In this document: piece by piece, positions 1 through 10,635 of the stretch
Layout of the letters: each line of letters begins with the position of its first letter
How positions within the stretch are numbered: position 1 is the stretch's first letter
Origin: an uncultured Acidobacteriota bacterium
GTDB taxonomy: Bacteria; Actinomycetota; Acidimicrobiia; Spongiisociales; ZC4RG35
Length of the DNA stretch: 64,000 bases
Assembly: GCA_963789135.1 (NCBI GenBank)
Contig: CAWBJJ010000003.1
Coordinates: 162,507 to 226,506 of the forward strand
Reading direction: 5' to 3'
Notes under the pieces: generated by a model
What the model was told of the DNA's origin: nothing
Seen by the model: only the letters and a program-made list of their open reading frames with translations
Databases searched by the model: none
Program-made: the position numbers and the translations under genes

Positions 1-177
1 ACGGCGACGCTGCGCTCGCCTACGGGCTCAGCGCGGTGGCCGACCAGACGATCGCCGGGATCATCATGAAGGTGGGTGGAGGCTTCCTGATCTGGGGGCA
101 CCATCGCCGTGATCTGGTTCAGATGGACCTCACAGGAGCGGGAGTGGGAGCGGCTCGAAGCGTCGCTGCGGTCGTAA
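1..177 (+). CDS. C-terminal end of a CtaG/caa3-type cytochrome oxidase assembly factor-like membrane protein (5' partial; one extra base in G-run 94-98)
   Basis: Frame 3 reads ...ADQTIAGIIMKVGGGFLIWG. Dropping one G of the G5 run continues WGTIAVIWFRWTSQEREWERLEASLRS-stop (TAA 175-177). The DQ..GG.IMK motif is recalled from the CtaG family; weak. Confidence 0.3.
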
Positions 178-440
178 TCGCTCTCGCGCTCACCGCCTGT
201 TCCCAGACCTCGGGCACAGCACGGGGAGTCGTGGTGGCGGTCGATGGGGATCTGGAGCAGGTGGCCTCGTTCACGGTGCTGGTGGACGGTGACGAGTGGT
301 TGCTGATGCCGGTTCCGGACGGCGACTACTCCTTCGCCCTGCCCCACCTCCGCGAGCATCAGCGAACCGGGGAGCCGGTGTTGGTTGGTTGGGAGTTGGT
401 GGATAACGTCAGGTACGCGTTGAGCCTGGCGGATGGGTAG
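123..440 (+). CDS. small lipoprotein, hypothetical
   Basis: Inside ORF 36..440. ATG 123 (or GTG 144) precedes the signal peptide ARSVAAVVIALALTAC with lipobox L-T-A-C. C/G-rich third positions. Confidence 0.5.
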   Translation: MDLTGAGVGAARSVAAVVIALALTACSQTSGTARGVVVAVDGDLEQVASFTVLVDGDEWLLMPVPDGDYSFALPHLREHQRTGEPVLVGWELVDNVRYALSLADG

Positions 441-467
441 CGGGGCTCGGTACTCGGAGCACATATC

Positions 468-1569
468 TTGAAGCAGCAGGCAAACCCCGCCATACGGTCG
501 TTTTTTCCTCCCCGGCCCCACAGAGGTCCATCCCGACGTGCTGGCCGCCCAGACCCGCCCGATGATCGGACACCGCGGATCGGCGATCCAGGAGCTGATC
601 GCGATCCTTCAGGTCGGGCTCAAGGAGGTGTTCGTCACCGATCGCCCGGTCATCATCTCGACCTCGTCGGCGACGGGCCTGATGGAGGCCGCGATCCGCA
701 ATGGGGTCGGCGAAGGCAAGGTCCTCTCCCTGGTGAACGGGGCTTTCTCCAAGCGGTTCGCCGAGGTGGCAGTCGCTTGTGGTCGGGAAGTCGAGATCTG
801 GGAGATGCCCTGGGGCGGCTATCCACGACCCGGCGAGCTCGCCGGGAGCGCTGGCCGGAGGTGGGTATCGACGCGGTCACCGTCTGCCACTCGGAGACCT
901 CGACCGGAGTCATCCAGGACTCGAGGCTCTGGCGAAGGTGGTGCGCACTTACGAGCAGACTCTACTCCTTGTCGACTCGGTGACCGGCGTCTGCGGGGCC
1001 GAGGTGCAGACCGACGCATGGGGCCTCGACTTCGTCCTCACCGGCTCACAGAAGGCGCTGGCGCTTCCTCCCGGGCTTGTCATTCGGTGTGGCCTCCGAG
1101 GCGATGATGGCCCGGGCCGAGTCGATTCCGCACCGCGGGGTCTACTTCGATCTGGTGGCACTCATGCAGCAGCCTGGAGGACCGCAGACCCCGGCCACAC
1201 CGGCGATCTCGTTCATGTACGCCTTGCAGGCCCAGTTGGAGCGAATCCGCGACGAGGGGATGGACGTGCGCTGGAAGCGGCATGCCGCGATGCGGGACCG
1301 CACCATCGATTGGATTCAGGAAAGGGCGGACGTCGGGATCGCGCCGTTCGCCCCGGTCGGGGCACCGCTCGCCGACGATCTCCACCATCGCACTCCCCGA
1401 GGGCTGGCGGGGCCCGACGTCGTCTGCGGCGATGAAGGAGCGGGGATGGGTGATCGGTGGCGGCTACGGCAAGCTCAAGGAGACCACGGTGAGGATCGGC
1501 CACATGGGCGACAAGACAGTCGAGGAGCTGGACCTCCTGCTCGAGGACCTCGACGAAGTCCTGGTGTGA
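468..1569 (+). CDS. class-V (PLP) aminotransferase, serine/phosphoserine-glyoxylate type; reading frame broken about 5 times as sequenced
   Basis: Pieces in three frames join into one protein: MKQQANPAIRSFF / LPGPTEVHPDVLAAQTRPMIGHRGSAIQELI...LVNGAFSKRF / IDAVTVCHSETSTGV / LLLVDSVTGVCGAEVQTDAWGLDFVLTGSQKALALPPGL / GVASEAMMARAESIPHRGVYFD...ISFMYALQAQLERI / WVIGGGYGKLKETTVRIGHMGD. The first break lies in T6 run 501-506. Confidence 0.7.
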
Positions 1570-2524
1570 GCGTCATCAACGTCCTTGTCACCGATGGTGT
1601 CTCCGACAGCGGGCTGGCCCCACTCCTCGAGGACGATCGATTCGACGTCACCCAGGTCGACAAGTCGTCGACGCCCGAGTTCCCGGCCGCCCTCAGCGAT
1701 GCCGAAGCCCTCGTGGTCAGGAGCGCCACGAAGGTCACCGGCGAGATGATGGACCTGGAGGCCCGAGGCTCCGGGTCGTGGGCCGGGCCGGTGTGGGCGT
1801 CGACAACATCGACCTGATCGCGGCCACCGAGCGAGGGATCGCAGTCATGAACTCGCCGGCCGGCAACACCGTCGCCGCTGCCGAGTTGACCATGGCCCTG
1901 ATCCTGTCGGCGGTGCGGCGGGTCGCGGAGGCCGACCGAAGCATGCGCAACGGCAAATGGGACCGCTCCCGACTCCAGGGCGTCCAGTTGAAGGACCGGA
2001 CACTGGGCCTGGTGGGGGCGGGGCGCATCGGGAGCGAGGTCGCCCACCGTTGCCGAGCCTTCGGGATGCAGGTGCTGGCATACGATCCCTATCTGACCGA
2101 CGAGCGGGCCGATGTGCTCGGGTTGTCGCTCACCGATCTCGACGACGTGCTGCGCAACGCGGACATCATCTCGTTGCACGTGCCACTGACCGACGAGACG
2201 GCTCATCTCATCGACGAGGCAGCTATTGCCCGGATGAAACCAGGAGCGTTCGTGGTCAATGTCTCCCGGGGAGGAGTGGTCGACGAGAGCGCCCTGGCCC
2301 GGGCCGTGGATTCCGGACGCCTCGCCGGGGCCGCCCTCGACGTCTTCGAGGTCGAGCCGTTGCCTGCGGACAGCCCACTGCTCGGTCTCGATGGCATCGT
2401 CCTCACCCCGCACCTGGGCGCATCCACCGTCGAGGCTCAGGAACTGGTTGCTCGTGAGATCGCAGTGGCGGTCCGTGATGCGCTGATCTCGGGCGATCTG
2501 TCCGGGGCCATCAACCTGGGCTAG
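1566..2524 (+). CDS. serA: D-3-phosphoglycerate dehydrogenase-like 2-hydroxyacid dehydrogenase, short form without ACT domain; one frame break near 1750-1775
   Basis: GTG 1566 overlaps the upstream stop (GTGA). VSVINVLVTDGVSDSGL... continues RLRVVGRAGVGVDNIDL, GLVGAGRIGSEVA (NAD fold), RGGVVDE, LTPHLGAST. Adjacent to the aminotransferase, which suggests serine synthesis. Confidence 0.65.
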
Positions 2525-2541
2525 CCGCGCCCTTCGGCCCC

Positions 2542-3726
2542 TCAGCCGACGATGAGGACGACGGCGGCCTCCTGGCTGCCCTCTCCTTCGGCGGCCTCCT
2601 CATCGTCCCAAGTCGAGACGATGAGCACGTAGAAGATCACGATGACCACGGTCGCGATCCCGATCACGGCGACCATGACGTCCCCGAAACGGATCTTCAC
2701 GTTGGGTCGGGTGCCGGCGAGGGAGGCAAAGCCGAGAATTCCCGCTGAGGTGAGCACCGCGATCAGAGGAGCAGCCCACTCCGCGAGATGCACCGACTCG
2801 ATCAAGGCGAAGGCAAACGGAAGCACCAGGAGCAGCAGCAGGAGGACGCCGACGATGGGTATCCGGAGCGCCCCACCGATGCGACCTCGGACCTTGTCGA
2901 TCTCCTCTTCGTCACCCGAGACGGCCACGGGCACGGCAACGGCTTGGGTGGCGGCGGCCGTCAGCCACCCGAGCAAGGCGCCGCCCAAGAGCATGACTGC
3001 CATCGTGGGAAGCACCGGGAGCTGGACCAACCCCTCGCTTCCTTCGACCGGAGTCCCGAATCCGCTGGTGAGCATGGCTCCCGCGATCACTCCGAGAACC
3101 AGGCCGATGAACGCGCCCAGCCAGGCCGTCGATGCCGGCGAATTGCTCAGCTGCATCCCGGGGTTGGTCCAGGACGCCGACGCCCGGGCCAACCCGGCGA
3201 CGATCGCCCCGAAGAAAAGGCTCACCAACGCCGCTCCGATCAAGACGGATGTGGAGTTGGCCTGGACCACGGGTGTGTAGGGGCCCTCACCGATGACCGT
3301 GGCACCGCCTGCCCACCAGGTGGTGGCGACCAGAAACCCGATCAATCCCAGGGTGGCCCCTGTCCAGGCCCCTACCCGGCTCGCGGTCCTGATCCGGCGT
3401 CCGATGGGCACTGGCTCCAGAGGCTCGTGCGGTTCCGGCTCGTACGCCGCGACCGGCTCGATGACGGGTGGCGGGGCGACCTCGGTCTGGACTGGTGGCG
3501 CGGTTTCGGTAACGGTCTCAGCTTCGGCCACCGGCTCTTGCGTGACGACCGGCTCGGGCGCAGCCGGGGGGGCGGTCACGGGAACTGCCGAGGCGCCTCC
3601 GGCCCAAGCGGTCAGCACCTCGTCGACGGTGATCCCGTTGGCAGTAGCCCGCGCCGCGGCAGATCTCTGGATCAGGCCTTCGGGGGCGTTCATCGCGGCC
3701 GCGGCGGCGGTCAGTAGCTCTGACAC
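2542..3726 (-). CDS. polytopic membrane protein, hypothetical
   Basis: Intact 394-aa ORF with a soluble N-terminus and a Pro/Glu/Val-rich linker (APPAAPEPVVTQEPVAEAE...), then about seven hydrophobic segments. No family recognised. Confidence 0.6.
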   Translation of the reverse strand: MSELLTAAAAAMNAPEGLIQRSAAARATANGITVDEVLTAWAGGASAVPVTAPPAAPEPVVTQEPVAEAETVTETAPPVQTEVAPPPVIEPVAAYEPEPHEPLEPVPIGRRIRTASRVGAWTGATLGLIGFLVATTWWAGGATVIGEGPYTPVVQANSTSVLIGAALVSLFFGAIVAGLARASASWTNPGMQLSNSPASTAWLGAFIGLVLGVIAGAMLTSGFGTPVEGSEGLVQLPVLPTMAVMLLGGALLGWLTAAATQAVAVPVAVSGDEEEIDKVRGRIGGALRIPIVGVLLLLLLVLPFAFALIESVHLAEWAAPLIAVLTSAGILGFASLAGTRPNVKIRFGDVMVAVIGIATVVIVIFYVLIVSTWDDEEAAEGEGSQEAAVVLIVG

Positions 3727-3768
3727 AGTCGGGGGAGCTTAACCCCGGCGCCGGTTAGCCTCCCGTCG

Positions 3769-4653
3769 ATGCTCGCCGCGATCAGCTATCCGCCGATACC
3801 GATATGGGACCTGGGCCCGATCAGCTTCTCGCTGCACGGCCTGTTCGCCGCGATCGGCTTCGTCGTCGGCGCCTGGATCGCCACACGAGAGATGGGCAAG
3901 CGGGGGTTCGACACCGTCAAGTATCAGTCGGCGCTGACCTGGGGCCTGATCGGTGCCCTGATCGGCGCCCGCTACTTCACCGTCCCGGCCCAGCTGCTGG
4001 CCGGCATCCCGTTCCTGGAGGCGATGAACCCGATCGCCGGCAACTTCTCGATCATGGGCGGGTTCCTGGGTGGGATCCTGGCCGGCGGGTACAAGATCCG
4101 AAAGCTCGGGTTGCCGATCCTCGCGTCCCTCGACATGTCGTCGTTCGGCCTCGCCCTGGGCACGGTGGTGGGCCGGATCGGCGACCTGGCCATCGTCGAG
4201 CATCTGGGCAAGGCCACCACGGTGCGATGGGGATACGGGATCCGGCCCGGCTTCGATGTCGCTCCCCAACACGACGCCCTGGAGTGTGCGGCGGGTGAGG
4301 CGGGGGCCAACGGGTTCTGTGGCATCTACCACCACGTGGCGATGTACGACATGATCGGCGCCGCGATCCTGCTCTGGGTGCTCTACGCCGTCTACCGGCG
4401 CTTCCGCCTCCACTACGGGCAGCTGTTCTTCATCTGGGTCGCCTGGTACGGATTCCAGCGGTTCATCCTCGACGGGCTCCGCTTCGGGATGGGAGACGCC
4501 GAGATCGCCGGATTCACCTGGAACCAGTTGAGTGGGCTCGCCGCAGGGATCGGCGGCATCATCATGATCTGGTGGCTGGACCGCACCCAGGAGTTCGTGA
4601 CTCCGGAGAACGACGACAAGCTCGGGGCCGAGCCGGCCCCGGCTCCGGCCTAA
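3769..4653 (+). CDS. lgt: prolipoprotein diacylglyceryl transferase
   Basis: Intact 294 aa. N-terminus MLAAISYPPIPIWDLGPISFSLHGLFAAIGFVVG... and GRIGDL/W..G..W motifs are typical of Lgt. Confidence 0.8.
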   Translation: MLAAISYPPIPIWDLGPISFSLHGLFAAIGFVVGAWIATREMGKRGFDTVKYQSALTWGLIGALIGARYFTVPAQLLAGIPFLEAMNPIAGNFSIMGGFLGGILAGGYKIRKLGLPILASLDMSSFGLALGTVVGRIGDLAIVEHLGKATTVRWGYGIRPGFDVAPQHDALECAAGEAGANGFCGIYHHVAMYDMIGAAILLWVLYAVYRRFRLHYGQLFFIWVAWYGFQRFILDGLRFGMGDAEIAGFTWNQLSGLAAGIGGIIMIWWLDRTQEFVTPENDDKLGAEPAPAPA

Positions 4654-5439
4654 CCGGCTCCGTTCACCTCGTCCCGCCACGCCAGCCAATCGGCCAGTGG
4701 CGCCAGGTCGTAGCCCGACCGACCATCGACTCCGAGCGTGATCAGGTTGGCCCCGGCTTCGACGAACGCAGCGCCGGATTCGGGGCGATGCGGGTTGGCC
4801 CCGCTCGAGCGTTCGATGGTCGACCGGGTCCCGGCCGATCTGCACGGCACCAGTCGTCGAGCACCTGGTTCTTGTGCCGGATGACCTCGGCCTGCCCGAA
4901 CCCGTGCCAGATGTCGGCGTGCTCGGCGGTGAGTCGAAGTGTCTTCCGCTCACCACCACCACCGATCAGGATCGGGAGCTTCCGGGTCGGGCGGAGGGTT
5001 GAGCCGACTCAGCCGGTGTTGGATTCGGGGCAGGTCCCTCGCCAGCGCGGCGAGCCGGGTCCCCGCGGTGCCGAACTCGTACCCGTACTCCAGATAGTCC
5101 CTCTCGAACCATCCGGCTCCGATCCCCAGGATCAACCGGCCCTCCGAGATGTGGTCGACGGTGCGCGCCATGTCGGCGAGCAGCTCCGGGTTGCGATAGC
5201 TGTTGCAGCTGACCAGTGCCCCGATCTCGACCCGCTCCGTGGCCTCGGCCAGCGCGGCGAGCATGGTCCAGCACTCGAGGTGCTTGCCGTCGGGATCGCC
5301 GCCCAGCGGGAAGAAATGGTCCCAGTTGAAGACGATGTCGACGCCGAGCTCCTCGGCGCTCGGCGGCAGCCCGTCGGATCTCCCGATAGTCCCCGTGCTG
5401 ATTCTGAAGTTGAACGGCGATCCGGACCGGGCGGGCCAT
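4650..5439 (-). CDS. luciferase-like (LLM class, probably F420-dependent) oxidoreductase; at least 3 frame breaks
   Basis: [27 protein letters not shown] / [86 protein letters not shown] / ...[17 protein letters not shown]. The ATG is 5 nt after the upstream stop. Confidence 0.6.
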
Positions 5440-5444
5440 TGCGA

Positions 5445-6582
5445 TCAGATCCCGAACAAGGTGTCTTCGATCAGATGGTCGACGACGGCTTGCAGTGCCT
5501 CGTGCTCGCCGGCGCCCGATTCCAAGGCCTCCTTGTGCACCGCCAGCTGACGGTGGGCACTGGTGCCGTCCCGGACGATGGTCCTGGCATGTCGGAGCTG
5601 GTCGACGACGTCGAACTCGACCGCGTCCTGGGCCACCATCTCGATTGCCTCCTCGATCAGGTCGGCGAACTGGACCAGCTCCCCTCGGCCGAAGTCGATC
5701 AGGGACCCGTCGACCCCATATCGCTGGGCGCGCCACATGTTCTCGGAGATCAAGAACGGGGAGTACACCCGCCATCGCTGGTTGCGCCGTCGCAGCCGGA
5801 ACAAGAAGCCGAGGAGGCAGAGATAGAGGGCGGCGACCGACATCGCATCGTCGAGCCGCGTGCAGACGTCGCTGACCCTCATCTCCAGGGTCGGGTAGCG
5901 GGCCGACGGCCTGATGTCCCACCACAACTTGGAGGCGTCTTCGATGATCCCGGCGTCGACGAGGATCTGGACCGTCCTCTCGTACTCCCCCCAGGACTCG
6001 AACTCCTCGGGAGCGCCGGTGCGGGGCAGGTTCCTGAAGATGATCAACCGGTAGGCGAGGAGCCCGGTGTCGGTGCCGTCCCAGAACGGGGACGAAGTGC
6101 TCAGGGCGAGGAGGTGGGGGAGCATGTAGCGGACCTGGTTCATGAGGTCGATGCGGAGGTGGTCGTCGTCGATCCCGACGTGGACGTGCATCCCGCAGAT
6201 CACCAGTTGACGGGCCACCTGCTGGTGGTCGGCTGCCACCCGCTGGTACCGGGGCTGCTCGGTGGTCATCTGCTCGGACCAGTTGGCGAAGGGATGGGTC
6301 GAGGAGGCGATGATCGCCGCTCCGTACTCACTCGACCACCCGGGACAGATCTCGGCGCAGGCGCGGCCAGGTCCTCACGTGCCTCCGAGAGCTTGGCGCA
6401 CACCTTGGTCCCCACCTCGATCTGCGCTTTGAGGAACTCCGGAGTCACCTGGGGCCCGAGCACCTCGCGCAGTGAGTCCCACATCTCCGGGGGAGGGTCG
6501 TTCATGCAGGTTGCGGGTCTCCCGGTCGACGACCAGGTACTCCTCTTCGATCCCGATGGTGAATGGCGGCCTGTCGATCACG
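5445..6582 (-). CDS. carboxylate-amine ligase, glutamate-cysteine ligase family 2 (YbdK-like); at least 2 frame breaks in the 5' third
   Basis: VIDRPPFTIGIEEEYLVVDRETRNLH / PEMWDSLREVLGPQVTPEFLKAQIEVGTKVC / 274-aa intact tail ...VICGMHVHVGIDDD...STSSPFWDGTDTG...WWDIRPSARYPTLEMRVSD. Confidence 0.75.
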
Positions 6583-6591
6583 ACGGTGAAG

Positions 6592-7197
6592 CTAGAGAAC
6601 CGCCTGGAGCACGCGACGCCTCGACTCGGCGCATTCCTCACGGACGTGACAACCTTCGAGGTGGTCGTTGACCAGACCCATGGCCTCCATGAAGGCGTAG
6701 ACCGTGGTCGGGCCCACGAAGGACCAGCCCCGCTTCTTGAGGTCCTTGGACATGGCGATCGAGGTCGGGGTCACCGGCTCCAGCGCCGGCGGCGATGCCT
6801 CAGTGGGATCGGCCCAGCTCCAGAAGTAGGCGGCGAGCGAGCCCTTCTCGTCGATCAGCTCCAGGGCTTGCCCGGCGTTGTTGATGGTGGATCGGATCTT
6901 TCCCTGGTGGCGGACGATGCCGGCGTCGGCGAGAAGCCGCTCCACGTCCTCCTCTCCGAAGCCGGCGACCCGCTCGATGTCGAAATCGGCGAAGGCGGAT
7001 CGGAAGTTCTCTCGCTTGTTGAGGATGGTCAGCCAGGAGAGCCCGGACTGGAAGCCCTCGAGGCAGATCTTCTCGAAGAGGCGCCGGTCGTCGGTCACCG
7101 CCCGGCCCCACTCCTGGTCGTGGTAGGTGCGATAGATCTCGGGCTCGGCACCCCACCAGCAGCGAAGGACACCGTCCTCGCCTTGGACCAGATGCAT
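6592..7197 (-). CDS. tag: DNA-3-methyladenine glycosylase I
   Basis: From ATG 7197: MHLVQGEDGVLRCWWGAEPEIYRTYHDQEWGRAVTDDRRLFEKICLEGFQSGLSWLTILNKRENFR..., 201 aa intact. The longer ORF to 7608 is an upstream artefact. Confidence 0.85.
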   Translation of the reverse strand: MHLVQGEDGVLRCWWGAEPEIYRTYHDQEWGRAVTDDRRLFEKICLEGFQSGLSWLTILNKRENFRSAFADFDIERVAGFGEEDVERLLADAGIVRHQGKIRSTINNAGQALELIDEKGSLAAYFWSWADPTEASPPALEPVTPTSIAMSKDLKKRGWSFVGPTTVYAFMEAMGLVNDHLEGCHVREECAESRRRVLQAVL

Positions 7198-7277
7198 GGT
7201 CGCCGACCCTAGTTCAGCGGCTTGTTTCGACTCCCATCGGGCTGAAGATTGGCCGACTTCGCCTCTAACTTGACCCG

Positions 7278-8821
7278 ATGGCGACCTCGAGGACACGTGA
7301 CGCTTTGTCCGGGGCCGCGGCTGCCGGCACTCGCCCTCGGAGTGTCCGAGCTCGCCGCCGGGCTCTTCCCGTCCCTCCCCTCGCTGGTCGAGGCCATCGC
7401 CAACTGGGTCATCGACTCGGTCCCCGGCCCGGTCAAGGACTGGGCGATCTCGGTGTTCGGCACCGCCGACAAGGCGGTGCTCATCATCGGCATCTGCGTG
7501 GTGACCGTCGTCGTCGGTGCCCTGGTCGGCCTCGCTCGCCCGCCGCTGGTTCTCGATCGCCATTGCGGCGTTCATCGCGTTTGGGGCGTTCGGCGCACTC
7601 GCCGCCATCCGGGACCCCGGCGGTGAGCTTCGCGTTGGCGGTGATCCCTGCGGGTTTGGCGGCGATCACCGGCCTCGCCGCGCTGCAATGGCTGCTCGGG
7701 CCCGGCCCCGGCGGGCGCGGTCGCGCGAGCCGCAACGGATGCGTCCCGGCGTCGCGTTCATCCTCGGCCTCGGCGCGGTGGCTCGGGATGGCGGTCGTCG
7801 CCGCCGGAGTCGGCCGATACCTGGTCGAGACGGGCGAAACAGGTGGTCGCCGGACGGGACCAGGTGCAACTTCCCGCCGCCTGCCGAGGCGGTCGCCCCA
7901 TTCCCGCCGCCGGCCGAGCTCGATGTCGACGGCCTGAGCCCGACGATCACGCCCAACGCCGACTTCTACCGGATCGACACGGCGATCTCCGTGCCCGCGA
8001 GTCGAGCTCCCGGAGTGGACTTTGAGCTTCAGTGGGATGGTCGACAGCCCCGTATTCGCTCACCTATGCCGACCTTCTCGAGATGCGCGATGGTGGAGCG
8101 CTACGTGACCCTGTCGTGTGTCTCCAACCCGGTCGGGGGCGACCTGGTCGGGCAACGCCAAGTGGCTGGGAGTGCCCCTCTCCGAGTTGCTCGATCGGGC
8201 CGGTGTCGTGCGAGGGTGCCGAGCAGATCGTCGGCCGGTCGGTCGACGATTTCACGGTCGGATTTCCCCTCGAGGCCGCCTATGACGGGCGCGATGCCCT
8301 GCTCGCAGTGGGGATGAACGACGAGCCGCTTCCCTTCGAGCACGGGTTCCCGGCCCGGCTGGTGGTCGCCGGGCTCTACGGATACGTCTCTGCGACCAAG
8401 TGGATCTCCGAGGTCGAGCTCACCCGCTGGGACACTTTCGACGCCTACTGGATCCCGAGGGGGTGGTCCAAGGAGGCGCCGGTCAAGACCCAGAGCCGTA
8501 TCGACACCCTGCCCGACGGGCGCCCGGCTCGAGGCCGGCCCGCGACAGGTCGCCGGGGTGGCCTGGGCCCCGCACCGCGGGATATCGAGGGTCGAGGTCC
8601 AACTCGGCGAGGACGCCGATTGGGTGGAGGCCGAGCTGTCCGAAGCTCTGTCCGACAACAGCTGGCGGCAGTGGGTGGTCGATTGGGACCCATCACCCGG
8701 TGGCCTATCAGGTGAGGGTGCGGGCCACCGACGGCGAGGGTGACACCCAGACCGAGGAGATCGTCCCCCCCGCTCCCAACGGGGCCACCGGCTGGCACAC
8801 GGTGACGTGCAGGTGGCGTGA
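7278..8821 (+). CDS. molybdopterin-dependent oxidoreductase (sulfite oxidase family) with N-terminal membrane segment; about 5 or more frame breaks
   Basis: Fragments in all three frames: ALGVSELAAGLFPSL..., FYRIDTAISVP, VTLSCVSNPVGGDLVG, DGRDALLAVGMNDEPLPFEHGFPARLVVAGLYGYVSATKWISEVELTRWDTFDAYWIPRGWS, VAWAPHRGISRVEVQL, VRATDGEGDTQ..GATGWHTV. Both the start and the end (TGA 8819-8821 after a shift) are inferred. Confidence 0.65.
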
Positions 8822-8857
8822 CGTGCGAATTGAGCGACGCGCTCGAGCCGTCCAAGG

Positions 8858-9824
8858 TCAGTCCGAGTCGTTGGCCGAGATCGCCCAGGCCACGCCTTCC
8901 TCAGGGTCTGCGATGGCGAGCCGGAGCGCCCAGCCGGTGCCCGGGCTCCCGTCGTCGAACCAGGCCCACTCGAACCGTGGAGGCGGCCGCCTCCACCATC
9001 GCGGGGTCGAGCAGGCCACTCCAGGTCGGCAAGGACCGATGTCACCCACCACGCCAGGTGCCTTCCGGCCGCCGCGCCCCGCCTCCGGCCATGGGCCCCG
9101 CCCGATGCCGCGGCCCAACCCATCCAGGCCAGCCCCTGCCCGGGGTCGAGGGACCCGACCCGCGGCCTCGCCCGCACCCAAAGCGCCGTATCGCCTCGAG
9201 CGATGCCACCGGTGACGGCGGAGGTCTGACAGCGGCCGTTTGACTGATCGGTCCAGGGCATCACCAGGTCACCGAGGGCAGACTCCGAGGGCAGGTCCTC
9301 GATCAGCTCGACGTGGCTCGGGCAGCTCGACGCGGGCCAACTCCGGCACCTGCGGTGAGAGCGCCTCCACCCGGTCCCGGTGATAGGTCGCCAGCTGATA
9401 CGCCGGTTCCCAGGCGAGAAGCTCTCCCGGGCAACTCGAGCGCGGCGAGATCGACGGCCTCACCACGCACCACCCGCTCCGCGGCCACGGTCATCCGCTC
9501 CGGACCGGCTTCGAGGTAGGGCTCCAGCTCGGCGAAGGACTTGGTGCTGGCAGCGACTTCGGCGAGCGGGCCCAGAGCGAAGCGGGCCTGCCCTTCGGAC
9601 ACCACCGGCCCGGCGCGCTCGGCAGGCGCCTCCAGTGCGAGCCGATACCGAATGTGCTCTTCGACGCCCCACACCTGTTTTCCACGTTCGACGGCCTCGC
9701 GGCACCGGCTGCGCAGTTCGATGAGGTCGTCCCACTCCCGCGACTTGCAGAGCCCGTCGACGATGCGAAGCAGTTGGTCGACATCGGACGACTCGATCGC
9801 CTCGAGGGCATGGCTGGTGATCAA
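8858..9824 (-). CDS. hypothetical protein, co-transcribed with rhodanese; at least 2 frame breaks
   Basis: TTG 9824 overlaps the rhodanese stop (TTGA). MITSHALEAIESSDVDQLLRIVDGLCKSREWDDLIELRSRCREAVERGKQVWGVEEHIRYRLALEAP... / ELLAWEPAYQLATYHRDRVEALSPQVPE / ...FEWAWFDDGSPGTGWALRLAIADPEEGVAWAISANDSD-stop. Joining across 9270-9300 and the middle section is uncertain. Confidence 0.4.
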
Positions 9825-10635
9825 GGGCTGTCGCCCACCGATACCGGCAGGTCCTGTCGTGACCAGTCCGAAAACGAGCCGATATAGACGTCCGGCATCG
9901 GCCGACCCGCCAGCGACCATCGCCAAGGCGGCGTGACAGGCGTTGATCCCGCTGCCACACGAGACGATCGTGTCGTCAGTGGTGTCCTCATAGCGGCTCC
10001 GCAGGTCGGCCGCCCGGAGGAAGCGGCCGTCGGGGCCGAGGTTGCCGGCGAGCGGGATGTTGACGGCACCGGGTATGTGCCCTGCCTTGGGATCGATCGG
10101 CTCTACGTCCCCCCGGTAGCGCTCCGGGGCGCGGACGTCGATGATCGGGCGGTCGTCAAGGTCCTCCCTGCTCACCACACCCTCGAACCCCGCGACCTGT
10201 GGGTAAGTGATGCTGGCACTCGCACCCGGCTCCCGGCTGAGAGGCCTCCCACCGTCGACCCAGGCGGCGAGGCCCCCGTCGAGGAGTCGGGCCGACTCGT
10301 GCCCGATCGACCGGAGCATCCACCACATGCGAGCCGCCACCGCCCCGCCCGCGTCGTCATAGACCACAACCTCATCGTCACGGTCGATACCGAGGGCGAC
10401 CAAGCAGCGTGACGAAGTCCTCGACAGCGGGCAAGGGGTGCCGTCCAGCCCCGCTCGAGGCCGCGAGGTCGCGATCGAGATCCACGAAGACCGCACCCGG
10501 AATGTGCCCGGCGTCGTATGAGGTGACACCGTGATTGGGATCGGTGAGCGACCAGCGCAGGTCGCAGATCACCACCTGGTCGAGTCGGTCCTCCAACTCG
10601 GTCGCGGAGATCAGCGGATCAACTGTCCCCGTCAT
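9821..10635 (-). CDS. two-domain rhodanese (thiosulfate/3-mercaptopyruvate sulfurtransferase-like); 2-3 frame breaks
   Basis: MTGTVDPLISATELEDRLDQVVICDLRW...YDAGHIPGAVFVDL / VVVYDDAGGAVAARMWWMLRSIGHESARLLDGGLAAW...IIDVRAPERYRG..AGHIPGAVNIP...IVSCGSGINACHAALAM / YIGSFSDWS. Confidence 0.7.

Noticed and set aside
3739-6671. 407-aa minus ORF (3739-4962) and 699-aa plus ORF (4572-6671).
   Set aside because: They are antisense to lgt and to the LLM and GCS2 genes respectively. The sense-strand translations have clear family signatures and these do not.
8101-9264. 387-aa minus-strand ORF.
   Set aside because: Its 3' two-thirds are antisense to the Mo-oxidoreductase. Only the part above ~8858 may belong to the hypothetical gene at 8858-9824.
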